Origin: Naegleria gruberi | Taxonomy: Eukaryota | Assembly: GCA_000004985.1 (NCBI GenBank) | Contig: GG738848.1 | Direction: 5' to 3' (one strand) | DNA: 64,000 nt | Shown: piece after piece, positions 1 to 12,049 of the stretch | Layout: every line of letters starts with the position of its first letter | How positions within the stretch are numbered: the stretch's first letter is position 1 | The notes under the pieces: model-generated | What the model was told of the DNA's origin: nothing | The model's database searches: none | Seen by the model: only the letters and a program-made list of their open reading frames with translations | Program-made: the position numbers and the translations under genes

Positions 1-1004
1 AACATACAATATCCAAATGTACTAATTTCCTTTTATGAAAAAATACCAAACTTCTAGTTATATCAATCATCCAATTTAATTTTAATTCACCACTAATAAA
101 TTCATTTCCATAACTATTTGAAAAATTTAAAATAACATCTTCTAAACTTCCCAAATCACAACATGCCATTACAATAGATAATGCATATTCAATTTCACCT
201 TTTAAATTATTTTTATATTCCTTATAGAATATATCATAGTGTGGTACTATACGAACTACTACTTGTTTATTGGAAGATGATGAAGATGATGAAGCATATG
301 AAGATGAGGATGATGAAGCATATGATGCATATGATGAATTAAATTGATGATTAAATGTTGATTCAACATTACAAACTTGTAATATTAATTTAATTTGTTG
401 TTCCAAATCACTTAAATTACTAATAGTTATACGTTTAATTGCTAAATTTATATTATTATTTTCATCCGTGGATCCATCATTATGTTGTTGTTGTTCTTGT
501 TGTTGTTGATTTATACTTGCAAGGAACTATTCAACAACAGTTAATAATAAATTTAATATATTAAAAACAATCAGTTGATGATTTAAAACCTACCACTTGA
601 CCTTCAATTCCACCTCCTAACTTTTTAATAATTTTATAATCATATTTTGGATTTGTAAATTTAGTTAAATCTAAGGGATGATGTTTTAAACAGACATCAA
701 TCATTGTTTTATATAAATGTGATCTCGATGATGATATTGGTATTAATGTATTATTACTATTTTCTAATGTTACTAAATTATTCATCGTTGAAGGAGATGA
801 AGGTGAATGTTGTTGAACATTATTTCTATCAATGGTTAGAAAATTTAATTGTGGTGATGTTGATAGTTTATTATTATTATTGACATTTAATGATGATGAA
901 GAAGAAGAGGATGATGGTGTTGATGATGATGATGAATTGATTCTTGTTCTTGATAATTGTTGTTGTTGTTGTTGTTTCGAATTATTATCATCATCCGCTA
1001 ACAT
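1..1004 (-). CDS. Protein kinase-like protein, 5' part only; the gene runs off the window start. Proposed exons 594..1004 (Ser/Asn-rich N-terminus ending in the Gly-loop-like 'KLGGGIEGQV') and 1..526 (continues with 'AIKRI', 'GSLEDV', 'KLVHLDI'), joined across intron 527..593 (GTAGGT..TAG).
   Basis: ORF 561..1004 ends in a stop immediately after a GTAGGT donor. Splicing to the AG at 527/528 restores a long open frame carrying protein-kinase subdomain I-VIb-like motifs (VAIK-like 'LAIKRI', catalytic-loop-like 'HLDI'). Confidence 0.5.
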
Positions 1005-1074
1005 TTTTTATCAGTGATGGTTGTGTTTGATTGATGACATTAGAAAATTATTATTTATTTAAAATTAGCATCAC

Positions 1075-3597
1075 TTATTCGTTTCTGGGTGATGAAACAT
1101 CTTCTTCCTCTTCATCATCATCATCATCATCAGAGGACATGTATTCATCATTAAAATTATGTTGTGTTTGTTGTTGATTAAATTCATTAACCATTCTTTC
1201 ATCATCACTTTCTTCAACAACATAATCAAAAGAAGTGGATAATTCATTATTATTTAAATCATGATTAACCATTTCATCATCAAGATATTGTTCATTTAAA
1301 TGTTTTTCTCTCTTTGATAATTCTTCTTCCTCTTCTTCATCATTCTGTTGTGGACTATCTAATATAATAGCTTCATTATTAGGTGCATCAATTTTGGCAA
1401 TACTTGTTCTTGGTATTATTTCTGCAAGTATTTGTTTAGGTGATGCTGGTTGAAGTCTCATAAATTGAGATTTAGATCTAGTTCTAGGTGTTTGAGCTGT
1501 TAATGATGATGGTGATGATGGACTATTAACATTTAGCAATCCATTATTAGTACTATTATTGTTGTAATTATTATTGATGATACCTCCACCACCAGTTCCA
1601 CTCACTGTATTATTGTTATTACTACTATTATTATTAAATACATATCCACTTGTTGATGGAATTGATAAACTTATGTTTGGTCCAATTGAAACTCCAGAAT
1701 TACGAGAATTATTTGATAATGTTAAATCATCATTAACACTTAATGAATCATTGGATAATTTTGAAATGTGAGATCTCTGATCAAATGATGATGATAATGG
1801 AACTGTTAAGGTATTTGGTGTTTGTTGAGAGGATTGAGTTAAATTATTCATTCTTTGAGAATTTAAAATTTCATGAAGTTCCTTTCTTAAATTTTCCTTC
1901 TCATTATGTACATTATTTCTATCATTTTGAACAATACTTAAATATCTCTTAGTTTCTTCTAATTGTCTTTGTAATTTTCTAATAGATTCAGTTAAAACTC
2001 TATTTTCTTTTTGAGTTTTTCTTTCAGATTCTTCAACATCTGATTTTGATTTTTGTAAAAATTGTTGAGATTTTCTTAAATTATTAATATCATCTTCTAA
2101 TCTTTTAGTTTGTGATTTTTGATTTTCAATTTCATTATTTAATTTTTCAACTTGTTGTACATGTTTCAAAGATAATTCCCTTTCTGTAAATTTAACTTTT
2201 TGTTGTAAATCTTGTAATTGTTGTTCAAATTTAGAAGATCTTTCTTCAAACATTATTGATCTTGATTTTTCTTCTTCTAATTTAACTTCTAATGCATGTG
2301 ATTGATCTGTTATTAATTGTAATTCAGCTATTGATCTACTTCTTTCTTCAATTAGAGTTTTCATTTCATTAACAATAACTTCAGTTTGTGAATTTTCAAT
2401 TGATAAAAGTGATCTTGAAAAGTTTTGAGCATCCCTAACTTGTTGTGATAAATTTGAATATCTATCTTTAACATTTACCATTGATGAACATATTTCTCTC
2501 AATTCATTTTGAACATCTCCAAGATATTTATAATGAATTGTCTTTAAAGATGAGTATTCTTGTGATAATTGTTTAAATTGTTTCATTAAATGATCATATT
2601 CTTCATTATTCTTTCTTAATTTTTCATTATGTGAAATGGTTTGTGATTCAAATTGTGTTTCCATTTCATAAACTTTCTTTTCTGTTAAATCTTTTTCAAA
2701 TAAAATTCGATCTCTTTCTTTATCACTTATTGAAAGTTCACGTTTTAATTTTTCAATATCTTCTGTTAATCTTTGAATATCATTCATAAAATCTTCTCTT
2801 TCTTGATCATATTGTTTTTGTAAATCTATATATTGATTCTTTTCATTTACAATTTGATTTGTATACTCATCCAATTGAAAATGTAAATTTGTAATTTCTT
2901 CTTCACATTTTTCACATTTATCTCTTAACATTTCTAATTCATGTTCTAAATCTTTTGTATGTGAATTTCTATCTGATAATTGTTGTGTTGAAACATCTAA
3001 TTTATCCAATGTTTCTTTAACTTCATTTTGAAGATCTTGATTCTTTCTTTTAGAATTTTCCAATTGATCTTTAACTGCTGAATTTTCATTCTCTAATCTA
3101 TCAACTATAAATTGTGCATTATATAATTCACCTTGTAATTTATCATTCTTATTTTGAAGAGAGAATTTCTCTTGTGATGAATTACGAAGTTCTTGATCTT
3201 TTAAACTTAATTCCTTATTTAAATCTTGAACTTTTCTTTCCATTGTTTGTAATTCTTTTAATAGGGCATTATTATATTCAATTTGACTTGCAAGTTCTTC
3301 TGAGAGATCTACTCTAGATCCACTCATTGGAGCCATTGATGAGAAGGAATAATCCTTTGATGGTGAAGATGTATTATTATTAGTATTCATCATCATGTAT
3401 TGTTGTTTTTCTGTATCGGGTGTAAGATAGGAATTTAATTTACTTGAATAGGATGTATTGTTGTTAGAAGTAGTATTTCTTGATGGAGGCGTATTTTGAT
3501 AATTTGATGGTTCATAGTAAGAGCTTGTTTGAGGTTGATGAAGGCTTGTGTTAGAGAATGCCTTAGAAGATGAGTTAGGCTTTAATTCCCTTTTCAT
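1075..3597 (-). CDS. Long coiled-coil protein (840 aa) with Asn/Ser/Thr-rich N-terminus and acidic C-terminus; function unknown.
   Basis: Uninterrupted 840-aa ORF. ATG lies in an A-rich context (aaaATGAAAAGG). The central ~550 aa are heptad-like, rich in E/K/L/Q (e.g. 'LQNEVKETLDKLDVSTQQL'), as expected for coiled coil. Low-complexity N and D/E runs at the ends. Confidence 0.6.
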   Translation of the reverse strand: MKRELKPNSSSKAFSNTSLHQPQTSSYYEPSNYQNTPPSRNTTSNNNTSYSSKLNSYLTPDTEKQQYMMMNTNNNTSSPSKDYSFSSMAPMSGSRVDLSEELASQIEYNNALLKELQTMERKVQDLNKELSLKDQELRNSSQEKFSLQNKNDKLQGELYNAQFIVDRLENENSAVKDQLENSKRKNQDLQNEVKETLDKLDVSTQQLSDRNSHTKDLEHELEMLRDKCEKCEEEITNLHFQLDEYTNQIVNEKNQYIDLQKQYDQEREDFMNDIQRLTEDIEKLKRELSISDKERDRILFEKDLTEKKVYEMETQFESQTISHNEKLRKNNEEYDHLMKQFKQLSQEYSSLKTIHYKYLGDVQNELREICSSMVNVKDRYSNLSQQVRDAQNFSRSLLSIENSQTEVIVNEMKTLIEERSRSIAELQLITDQSHALEVKLEEEKSRSIMFEERSSKFEQQLQDLQQKVKFTERELSLKHVQQVEKLNNEIENQKSQTKRLEDDINNLRKSQQFLQKSKSDVEESERKTQKENRVLTESIRKLQRQLEETKRYLSIVQNDRNNVHNEKENLRKELHEILNSQRMNNLTQSSQQTPNTLTVPLSSSFDQRSHISKLSNDSLSVNDDLTLSNNSRNSGVSIGPNISLSIPSTSGYVFNNNSSNNNNTVSGTGGGGIINNNYNNNSTNNGLLNVNSPSSPSSLTAQTPRTRSKSQFMRLQPASPKQILAEIIPRTSIAKIDAPNNEAIILDSPQQNDEEEEEELSKREKHLNEQYLDDEMVNHDLNNNELSTSFDYVVEESDDERMVNEFNQQQTQHNFNDEYMSSDDDDDDEEEEDVSSPRNE

Positions 3598-3752
3598 TTT
3601 TTTAAAATCCTTAAACGTTTACTTTTTTACTGTTAAAATATTGGCGGTAAAGTTATTAATAGTATTGATGATGTAATTTAAAACAAAAGAATTTATAAAA
3701 AAATTATTTGAATCTACCACAGTTGGATGGAACACACTTTTCTGAAAATTTC

Positions 3753-4013
3753 ATGTCTTCGGAATCAACTTCATATGGAACTAGATTTGTAAATAAATTT
3801 AAAAATCAAAATGTGTGTCTATTGTTAACTTTATCCATTATTTTACTCTGTATCATTTTCATGTGTTTACAAATAGTTTATCAACAAGATCAAAAACAAG
3901 CAACATTACAATCATTTGAAACTAATCCATTGAGAGATTATGAAGCCATTAGACATGATTTAATTAAAACAGGTGATAATAATGCACCACCAACATTATT
4001 ACCCAATATTTAA
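3753..4013 (+). CDS. Hypothetical small single-pass membrane protein (~86 aa).
   Basis: ORF between two minus-strand genes, starting at the first in-frame ATG (aatttcATGTCT). It has one hydrophobic segment 'VCLLLTLSIILLCIIFMCL' and codon usage similar to neighbouring genes. No homology recognised. Confidence 0.25.
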   Translation: MSSESTSYGTRFVNKFKNQNVCLLLTLSIILLCIIFMCLQIVYQQDQKQATLQSFETNPLRDYEAIRHDLIKTGDNNAPPTLLPNI

Positions 4014-4055
4014 AAACAAGTAATAATTGAAAATAAATTTTTTTAATAAATAAAA

Positions 4056-5921
4056 TTAACAAGAAAGCAAAGCTTCATCAGCAAAGAATTTCACATCTGG
4101 ATCATTATCATCATGGAGAATTTGCAAAACTGGTTTGATTCTTTCTTGGACAATCTTAGCTTCAACACGTGGAATAATTATGCCCAAAGTCTTAGCAACA
4201 TTGAAACGAATATTTGGTACAGGATCTTTTGACATTTCAATAACTACATCAAGTAAATGAGATGCAATATTTTCTTCTGTCATAACTTGAGACAAAACAC
4301 CAATAGCAAAAAGTGTTGTCATTCTATATAAATAATTAGAATCCTTTGACATTTCAACAACTTTTGGTAATAAATGTTCAACAGCCCAAGCAGGACCAAA
4401 AGTTTCAGTCAATTTCTTCAAGTTATTTGTAGCAGCTTCACGAATTGAATAAACAGAGTCTGATAACCATGTCATACACAAATCGTTCAACCTTTCATTG
4501 AAGAATTTAACACCTAATTGACTTGATAACAATGGAATATGTTCAATAATAGCAGCTCTAACTCTCCATTGTTTATCTTCTGCTAATTCCACAATAGCTG
4601 GTAAAAGTGATTGTGCCAATAAATCAACACCAATAACATCATTAACAGATTCCAATCTAGAAATAATATTTAAACGAACTTCTGGTGATTCATCCTTCAA
4701 TAATTGTAAAAATAAAGGTAAAAGAGCATCAATAGTATGTTCTCTTCCTAAAATTGGAGCCAATCCCATAATTTCAGATGCCAAAGCAGATCGTACATGT
4801 TCAGATTTGTCTGAAACTAAATTCTTAATACTTGGTAAAACTTCTGAAACAATCAATTCTTTTGGAACCAAAGAACAAACATCAGCAACTCTCAAAGAAG
4901 CAGCTGTTCTAACTTCAGCTTCAGAGTCTGTGCATAATTTCACGTAAGAGTGTAACAATTCATTTGTTAAAATTTCTTGACCCATTCCTTCACAAATAGA
5001 TTTAAAGTGATCAGCGGCCATATATCTTACTCTCCATGATTTATCAGTACAACAACTCTTAATTGCTGGAAGAATATGTGTAACAGCTTCTTTTGGTGAA
5101 AGTAACTTTGAGAATGCAACACAATTTTCAACAGTCAACAATCGTACAGAATCTTGATCATCTTGATGTAAGTTAAGAAACATTGGTACCATTTCACTAA
5201 CAATAAATTCCTTTTCAACTTTAGCAGCAAAATCACCTAAATTTGTACAAGCAGCTCTTCTAACCATTGGTGTTTCATCTTTGCACAATTTGGCATAAGT
5301 TTGTCTCAGTTCAGCTCTAATATCTTTACCAACAACAGAATATAAAACTGAGAATAAGCCACATGATGACGATCTACTTGTAAACCAATCTCCGGAAGAT
5401 AACTTTCTAACTAGTGGTAAAATGTATTGTTCAGTATGTTGCAAAGCCTTCATTTCATTGGCAATCTTGCAGAGAGATTTTACAGCCTTTTCTCTAACAG
5501 AATTTTCCTCAACATTACATAATGTTTCGAGTGGTAAAATCAGACAATGAGCATGTTCTGCACCACCAACATATTGTACAAAATTACCTAACTCTTCGGC
5601 AAGAGCAAGAAGAACTTCATCTTCATCATCAATACATGATTCGTTGAGGAATGGTATTAATTCATAACGTGTTCTATCCGCGCCAAGAGCATTAGCAATT
5701 GTTCCTAATCGTTTTATAGAATTTAAACGTAATTGTACGTCTTCATTCTTTAGTTCATCAATAAGAATAGCAATTGGATAAAGTGATTCTTCGTTTTCGT
5801 CAGCAACTAATTTTAATCATCAATATAATAAAAACAATAAATAATAATAATAATATATCAATAATAGTCATCATCGTCAACACACTTGCCGCCATCAAAC
5901 AATATAAAATAACCTACCCAT
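4056..5921 (-). CDS. pppA: Protein phosphatase 2A 65-kDa scaffold (A/PR65) subunit with HEAT repeats. Exons 5918..5921 (ATGG) and 4056..5806; intron 5807..5917.
   Basis: The translation aligns along its whole length to PR65/PP2A-A. The N-terminus '[42 protein letters not shown]' matches human '[34 protein letters not shown]'. Internal matches include '[19 protein letters not shown]', '[14 protein letters not shown]' and '[15 protein letters not shown]'. The 4-nt first exon is joined through GTAGGT..TTAG. Total 584 codons versus 589 in human. Confidence 0.9.
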
Positions 5922-6541
5922 TTTTTAAACAAGAAGGTGACGAGTTTTTAAAAAGATAATTTTTTTAAAAAGATTTTCAAAAAAGCAAAGCCTTGAAATT
6001 TAAGAGCCAATAGACCGGATCATCATTATAACATTCGCAAAGACAATTACCAATTTGAATGACATTGAACTACAACATGGTGTTTGTTGGTCAACATTTA
6101 TTGAAATATTTTAATATTATTATTGTGTCTGCTAGCACTTTGAAGATGAAATGAAATTTTTGATCTTGTCTGTAAATAGATAACACGTTCATTAATTGGG
6201 GTGATTGAGAAAATTTTTCCCTATTAATTGTACGGTTGGTTTCATGTCATCATCTCTTTCAATTAATTCATATTATTCAATTAGAAAACCTCAATATTTT
6301 AATAATTTGATGGTCCTAATTGGTGACAGGCAATTTTCCTTCCTAAATCCCAACGGAAATTTAAAAAAAATTGAAAAGAAGGGAATTGAAGAGAATTTGT
6401 TTTTATCTTTGTTTTTCTTCTCAATTGACTTATTGTATCATCACCACCATCATCATTATTGTATCATTTATCATTGTAACCTTTCATAATATTATTATTA
6501 CCCGAAAAGCCTAATAATCCTCAAACCGCCAAAAAATTACA

Positions 6542-9107
6542 ATGAATCATTTGGAAGTAAAATCTCCATCATCATTAACTCCTTCTTCATCTACTACAAG
6601 TAATACATTAAATACAAGTACTACTACTATTACATCTACACCATCATCATCTTCATTAAAAAAGCCTTCTTCTGTATTTATTGCTCAACCTCATTCAATT
6701 AAAATGAAAAATCAATCAAATCAAAATCATTACCAAAATAGTAAAGATGATGATTTATTAAATAATAATACATCTAATACATTAAATAATACTAATAATA
6801 CATTAAATAATACATCATATAATAATACATCAAATACATCAAATAATAATACATCAATTAATTTTATTCATGAAATTTCATCACCAAATATATCATCCAA
6901 TAATACAAATAATTTAACAACAGCTAATTTTATACCACATAATGTAGAACAAGAAATAGGAGAAGATGTTTTATTTGGCTATACTGATTTAACTAGAATA
7001 GAATTACCACCCTTATCTAAAAGACCATTTTACAAAAAAGGAATATTTAAAATATTTTATTTATTTTATTATTTATTTAAAATGATAATATTTTTATTTA
7101 AATTTTTAATTTCATATATTGGATTAATTAATCATCAAAGTAAACAAAAAAAACATTGTAAAATATTATTAGAAGAAAAAGTAGAAAATTATAAAGAATA
7201 TAAAGAAATTTCACTATATTTAGATCAATTAGAAGGATTTGATTTATGGAAAGCAGAAAATGAATCAAAATATTATAATTATGAACAAATTGAATCTATA
7301 AATTATCAATTAATTGCCATGTTAAGAAAAAAAGATATACACGGATTACAATGGTTATTAAGAGCACAATTACATCGAAATATTGCTGGAATTTCACATG
7401 TTAAATTATATGAATGTCATACTGGAACTAAACAATTAATTGAAGAATATATTGAATTGGTTTCAAAGGCTTTAATTTTCATTAAGGAATCAACAATGCA
7501 ATTATCATTGGAAGATAAATTAAAATTCTTCAGAGATACTTCACATGCCTATGGAAGAAGTGCTCTATTATTGAGTGGAGGTGGTGGTTTATCAATGTAT
7601 CATTTGGGTGTTATTAAATCTTTATATGATGCAAAAGTTGTAGGTTTTAACTTTGAAATATATATATATCTAACTTTAATTTATTCATTTAATTTATAAT
7701 TAATATATAATATATTCATATAATATTTAATTGATATATCTATTCATATAATATTCATATAATTGATATAATATAATATATTATTGAATAGTTACCTAAT
7801 ATAATAAGTGGATCAAGTGCAGGATCAATATTAGCATCCGTTCTAGCAACTAGAAAAGATGAAGATATTGCCAAATGTTTTGAAAGTGATGGATTTAAAT
7901 TGGATGCATTTGGTGGTAGTTCAGATACACCAGAGAGAAGTGCCATGAGAAAATTGAATAGATTTCTAAATAATGGAGTAATAATGGATGTTAACAAATT
8001 AGCACAATGTATTAGAGAGAATATTGGTGATTTAACATTTGAAGAGGCTTACAAAATAAGTGGAAGAGTTTTAAATATAACTGTTAGTGGATTGGGCGGC
8101 TATCAGACACATGAGGGTTTATTAAATTATTTAACTGCTCCAAATGTTTTAATTTGGTCTGCTGCATGTGCTAGTAGTTGTATACCAGGTGTATGTTGTT
8201 TTTATTATTTTATATTAATATTTAATACTTTACAATGATATTTAATATATTTAATAATATTTAAAAATAATAGTTTTATAAAGCAGTACCATTAATGGCT
8301 AAAGATAGAGATGGTAATATAATACCTTATCATAATTTTCCAAATCAAAAATATCAAGATGGAACATTATTTAATGATTTACCAATAACAAGACTTGCAG
8401 AATTATTTAATGTTAATTTTTATATTGCAAGTCAAGTTAATCCACATGTGTTACCATTTATAACATCATCATCTTCATCACAAAATAATGGATCAATTAT
8501 TTCAAATATTATAAATTTATGTTTATCTGAAATTAAATATAGAATTGGACAATTATATAATTATGGATTAATACCTGAAAGATTTAGATGGTTTGAATTG
8601 GTTTTATCACAACCTTATCAAGCAGATATTACCATTGTACCAACTAAATTAAATTTAGATAATTTTAAAAAGATTTTATCAAATCCAACTGCTGAATATA
8701 TTAAATCTGCAATTAATCAAGGTTTGAGAAAAACCTATCCACACATGAATAGAATTGAAAATATGTTAAAAATTGAATTTACACTTGATAGATGTTTAAG
8801 AGAGGTCAGAAGAGATTTATTTAAAAATAGTCCAAATGTTGCAATGAGATTATCAAAATCTTCATCTTTATTCGATTTGGAATCTGAAGATTTTATTCAA
8901 CAAGATGAAGATGAAGAAAATGATGGAAATGGATATGGAAATATTCATTCTTCTAATCATACTTCTACTACTAATTTTAATAATGGAATGATGACGACGA
9001 TGATGGATGAAGAAGGATCATCGCTTGTATCAACCAGCAATACAACAGTAAGAAGAAATTTATTACACGAAGTAAATCCATATACTATTACTAGAAAATT
9101 TCAATAA
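6542..9107 (+). CDS. Patatin-like triacylglycerol lipase (yeast Tgl4/Tgl5, plant SDP1 family). Exons 6542..7639, 7792..8190, 8274..9107.
   Basis: Exon 1 carries the DUF3336-like region ('LLRAQLHRNIAGISHVKLYECHTGTKQLIEEY', 'LLLSGGGGLSMYHLGV'). Exon 2 begins with the nucleophile elbow 'LPNIISGSSAGSILAS' (GxSxG). Exon 3 has 'LMAKDRDGNIIPYH', matching SDP1 'LMAKDRSGEIVPYH'. Introns are GTAGGT..AATAG and GTATGT..AATAG, both phase 0 and in frame. Confidence 0.8.
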
Positions 9108-9169
9108 TAATAATAATAAAATTCAACAATATTATTAATTTATAATTTTATGAATTAAAAATATTTTGA

Positions 9170-11407
9170 TTAAACATCTCTATCTTTTGGTTCTTTAAAT
9201 GGTATTCCAATAAAATTAAAAATATCATTTTCAGTTTTACAATTAATTTTAGTACCATCATGAATTCTATTTGATTTTGAATCTCTAATAGTATTTATAC
9301 ATAATGATTTATCACTTAGAGAATAACCCTTCTTTCTACATAATAAACGTAATGATCTATTAAAATGATCTGAACCTGTAAAATATAATAATGCAAATGC
9401 AAAATGTTCTCTCCTATAAACTTTAATATCAATTCTTCTGTGAATTCCAATTTGTGGTAAATAATAAACTCCCATAAATGTATCATTTTCATCTTGATTT
9501 AAATGTATTTTACATGAAATTGATAATGTATCAGTTATTATTTTCATTTCTTCAAGTTTTGTTACTATTTTTTGTAATAATCCATCAATTATTATTTTTT
9601 CATTATTATTATTATGATTATTATTAATATGATTATTATTATTATTATTATTATTATTAATATTATTAATAGTTATCAATTCATTTGATTCAATTGATGA
9701 TGATTCATTTGATGATAATTCAATTGATGAAAATTGATTATCATTTTCATCTTGTTTTAGAGTAATTAAAATGTCAACATCACCTGAATCTTGTTTACCT
9801 CTTCTATATGAACCACATACTTGACATACTATAAATGGATTAATTTCATAACAAACTTGATTAATTAAATTATAAATTTGTTCAACTTCCATTCTTGGAA
9901 TTCTTTGTTGAAATTCATAAAAATATTTTAATCCAATTAATTGTTGTGAATTTAATTTAGATTTATCAATTTCATTTATATTTCTATATCCATATGAATA
10001 TAATTGGAAAGCTGTTTTTTGTCCAACTCCCCAAATTTTTGTAAATTCTTGAATTATTTGATTTTGATATGAAGATGAAATTCCTTCAACTCTTTTCATT
10101 TTACCAAATTTTAAATATTCTTTAATTTTATCTTTAACTTTATCTCCAATTCCTTTTATGGTATTTACTTGTTCTATTTTAGTAATTTTAAAATTTAATT
10201 TTTTTATTATTGTTATTGATTTTTTATAGGCTAATGATCTAAATATATCATTATTATCAGAATAATGTTTATATAATTTATTAAATAATTCAATTAATTC
10301 TTCATTATTATTAGAATTATTTCCATTTATATCATTTATATTATTAGAAGAAGAATTATTATTATTAGAATTATTATTAGAATTATTATTATTGGATGAA
10401 CTTCCACTAACACATACAAATGAATTTAAAAATCTTTCTTGTCTTTCTTTTTTAATTTCCATAATTGATTTATTATTACTATTTATATTATTATTATTAT
10501 TAGAAATAATAGAATCATTTAAATTATTATTATTAGAAATATTATTAACATCTTGTTGTTGTGGTTGTTGTGAAGAATTTAATTCTTGTTGAGAATTATT
10601 TAATAAATTAATTTCATAATTACTAAATTTAGTAATTAATTTATCATATTTAATACAATCTATTATATATTTACATTTTAATAATTTACAATTTAAATAA
10701 TTTGGATAAATTTCTTTAATTTTTTCAATATTTTCATTTCCACAAATAATAAAATCAAATAAAATATTAAAATTATTAAATTTATAAATTTCACAAATTC
10801 CACCTTTTTTTCTAATATTATTTAAATGAATATTTGCTTGTTGATTTGACATGTTTTTACCACAAATTAATAATATTTTAATTCCTTCAAATATTTTATT
10901 TTGTTGTGAATTTTTATTTTCTATAAATGTATTATTATTACTTTCCATATATGTATTATTATTAATATTTATATAACTATTATCTATATATGTATTATTA
11001 TTTATATCATCATTAGATGTATCCATTAAATTATTACTATTATTAGAAATATTATTAACATCCATATTTGTAATATTATTTTCTATTAAATTTTCAGGTA
11101 ATGAAAATAATTGATTATTTTTAAATCTAATATCATATTTATTTTGAATTAAATTATTTAATTTTGTATAATTAAATTTTAATTCCTTTTCTATTGGATT
11201 TAATTTTGAATATAAATTATATAAATGATTAACTACTTGTTCCGAATTATTATTATTAGAATTATTATTAGAATTATTAGAATTATTAGAAATGTTAGAA
11301 TTATTTAATTGATGATTGTTATATTCCAAATCTTCCTTTTCTAAATCGATTAGATAATTTTCAATATGAGAGAAGAAGGCTTGATAATTTTCTGATGTCA
11401 TTTTCAT
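9170..11407 (-). CDS. Family X DNA polymerase (Pol lambda/Pol beta-like) with an N-terminal BRCT domain; 745 aa including large Asn-rich insertions.
   Basis: Helix-hairpin-helix motifs 'IKGIGDKVKDKIKEY' and 'IWGVGQKTAFQLYSYG'. Catalytic palm 'CGSYRRGKQDSGDVDILIT' (DxD). C-terminal 'HFAFALLYFTGSDHFNRSLRLLCRKKGYSLSDKSL' is typical of Pol X thumb/C-terminus. The BRCT-like block is 'ILLICGKNMS...YIIDCIKYDKLI'. Confidence 0.8.
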   Translation of the reverse strand: MKMTSENYQAFFSHIENYLIDLEKEDLEYNNHQLNNSNISNNSNNSNNNSNNNNSEQVVNHLYNLYSKLNPIEKELKFNYTKLNNLIQNKYDIRFKNNQLFSLPENLIENNITNMDVNNISNNSNNLMDTSNDDINNNTYIDNSYININNNTYMESNNNTFIENKNSQQNKIFEGIKILLICGKNMSNQQANIHLNNIRKKGGICEIYKFNNFNILFDFIICGNENIEKIKEIYPNYLNCKLLKCKYIIDCIKYDKLITKFSNYEINLLNNSQQELNSSQQPQQQDVNNISNNNNLNDSIISNNNNNINSNNKSIMEIKKERQERFLNSFVCVSGSSSNNNNSNNNSNNNNSSSNNINDINGNNSNNNEELIELFNKLYKHYSDNNDIFRSLAYKKSITIIKKLNFKITKIEQVNTIKGIGDKVKDKIKEYLKFGKMKRVEGISSSYQNQIIQEFTKIWGVGQKTAFQLYSYGYRNINEIDKSKLNSQQLIGLKYFYEFQQRIPRMEVEQIYNLINQVCYEINPFIVCQVCGSYRRGKQDSGDVDILITLKQDENDNQFSSIELSSNESSSIESNELITINNINNNNNNNNNHINNNHNNNNEKIIIDGLLQKIVTKLEEMKIITDTLSISCKIHLNQDENDTFMGVYYLPQIGIHRRIDIKVYRREHFAFALLYFTGSDHFNRSLRLLCRKKGYSLSDKSLCINTIRDSKSNRIHDGTKINCKTENDIFNFIGIPFKEPKDRDV

Positions 11408-11575
11408 TCATTTTTTTTAGGCGGGAAATTCATCTCTCCCATTATTCTTTTTGATATCATCATAACAATAACTGATGATGATTCCGAGTAACGAATATTT
11501 ATTCATGTCCATCACACAAATATTTGTGAAGATGAAATAATAAAAATAAATGATGACATTTAAAAATCAAAAAAA

Positions 11576-12049
11576 ATGGCTTATAACGTTGAAAAGGAAA
11601 TTGAACATCTTGTTCATGAAATGAAGAGAAGTATGTGTGATAAATTGATATAAATATTGAAAGATGATGATGGTGTTGATGGTTAAATTTTACTAGTTGG
11701 TGATTCTGAAGGTACTTGTACTTTCGGTCAAATCTTCCATGACGATAAGATTCAAAACTTGTTGGAAAGTTTAGGTACGATTATTATTATTTAAATGTCA
11801 TATATTAATGTCATATATTAATGATGATAAATTATAATTTACTAAAATTGTTATTTACAAAGTTGGTACAATGAAAGGTAAGTTAATCACCATTTTGATC
11901 AAAATATCTAACTAATTAATCAATGCAACAATGAAATAGCTGCCAAGAAGCGTAAAATTATTGATTTCCAAGGTGAATTACTTTTGCAAGGTGTTCATGA
12001 TAAAGTTGTTGTTACACTCTTGCAACCTGACTACAAGGCTTCTCAATAA
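11576..12049 (+). CDS. Small Roadblock/LC7-fold protein (~85 aa), LAMTOR5/HBXIP-like. Proposed exons 11576..11630, 11697..11774, 11863..11877, 11940..12049.
   Basis: Four short exons joined by canonical GTATGT, GTACGA and GTAAGT donors and AG acceptors, giving '[85 protein letters not shown]'. The N-terminal '[12 protein letters not shown]' and C-terminal '[14 protein letters not shown]' resemble LAMTOR5 'LEQHLEDTMK' and 'IMIQKHDGITVAV'. Identity is tentative. Confidence 0.35.

Noticed and set aside
832-1017. 61-aa plus-strand ORF (D/E/L-rich) and similar plus-strand ORFs 1574..1771, 1743..1952, 3114..3317
   Set aside because: They lie antisense to the kinase-like and coiled-coil genes. Low-complexity codon repeats read as open frames on the opposite strand, with no start context or conservation.
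6205-6489. 94-aa ORF with a His6 run upstream of the lipase gene
   Set aside because: It sits in the 5' flank of the lipase ATG, the composition is not coding-like, and the poly-His comes from a (CAC/CAT) simple repeat. Most likely UTR or promoter.
10392-10592. Plus-strand 66-aa ORF; also 14192..14374, 15213..15404, 15903..16097, 16173..16364
   Set aside because: All are embedded in or antisense to much longer, homology-supported genes (Pol X, ALG3, UBL protein); they are reverse-strand shadows of AT-rich coding sequence.
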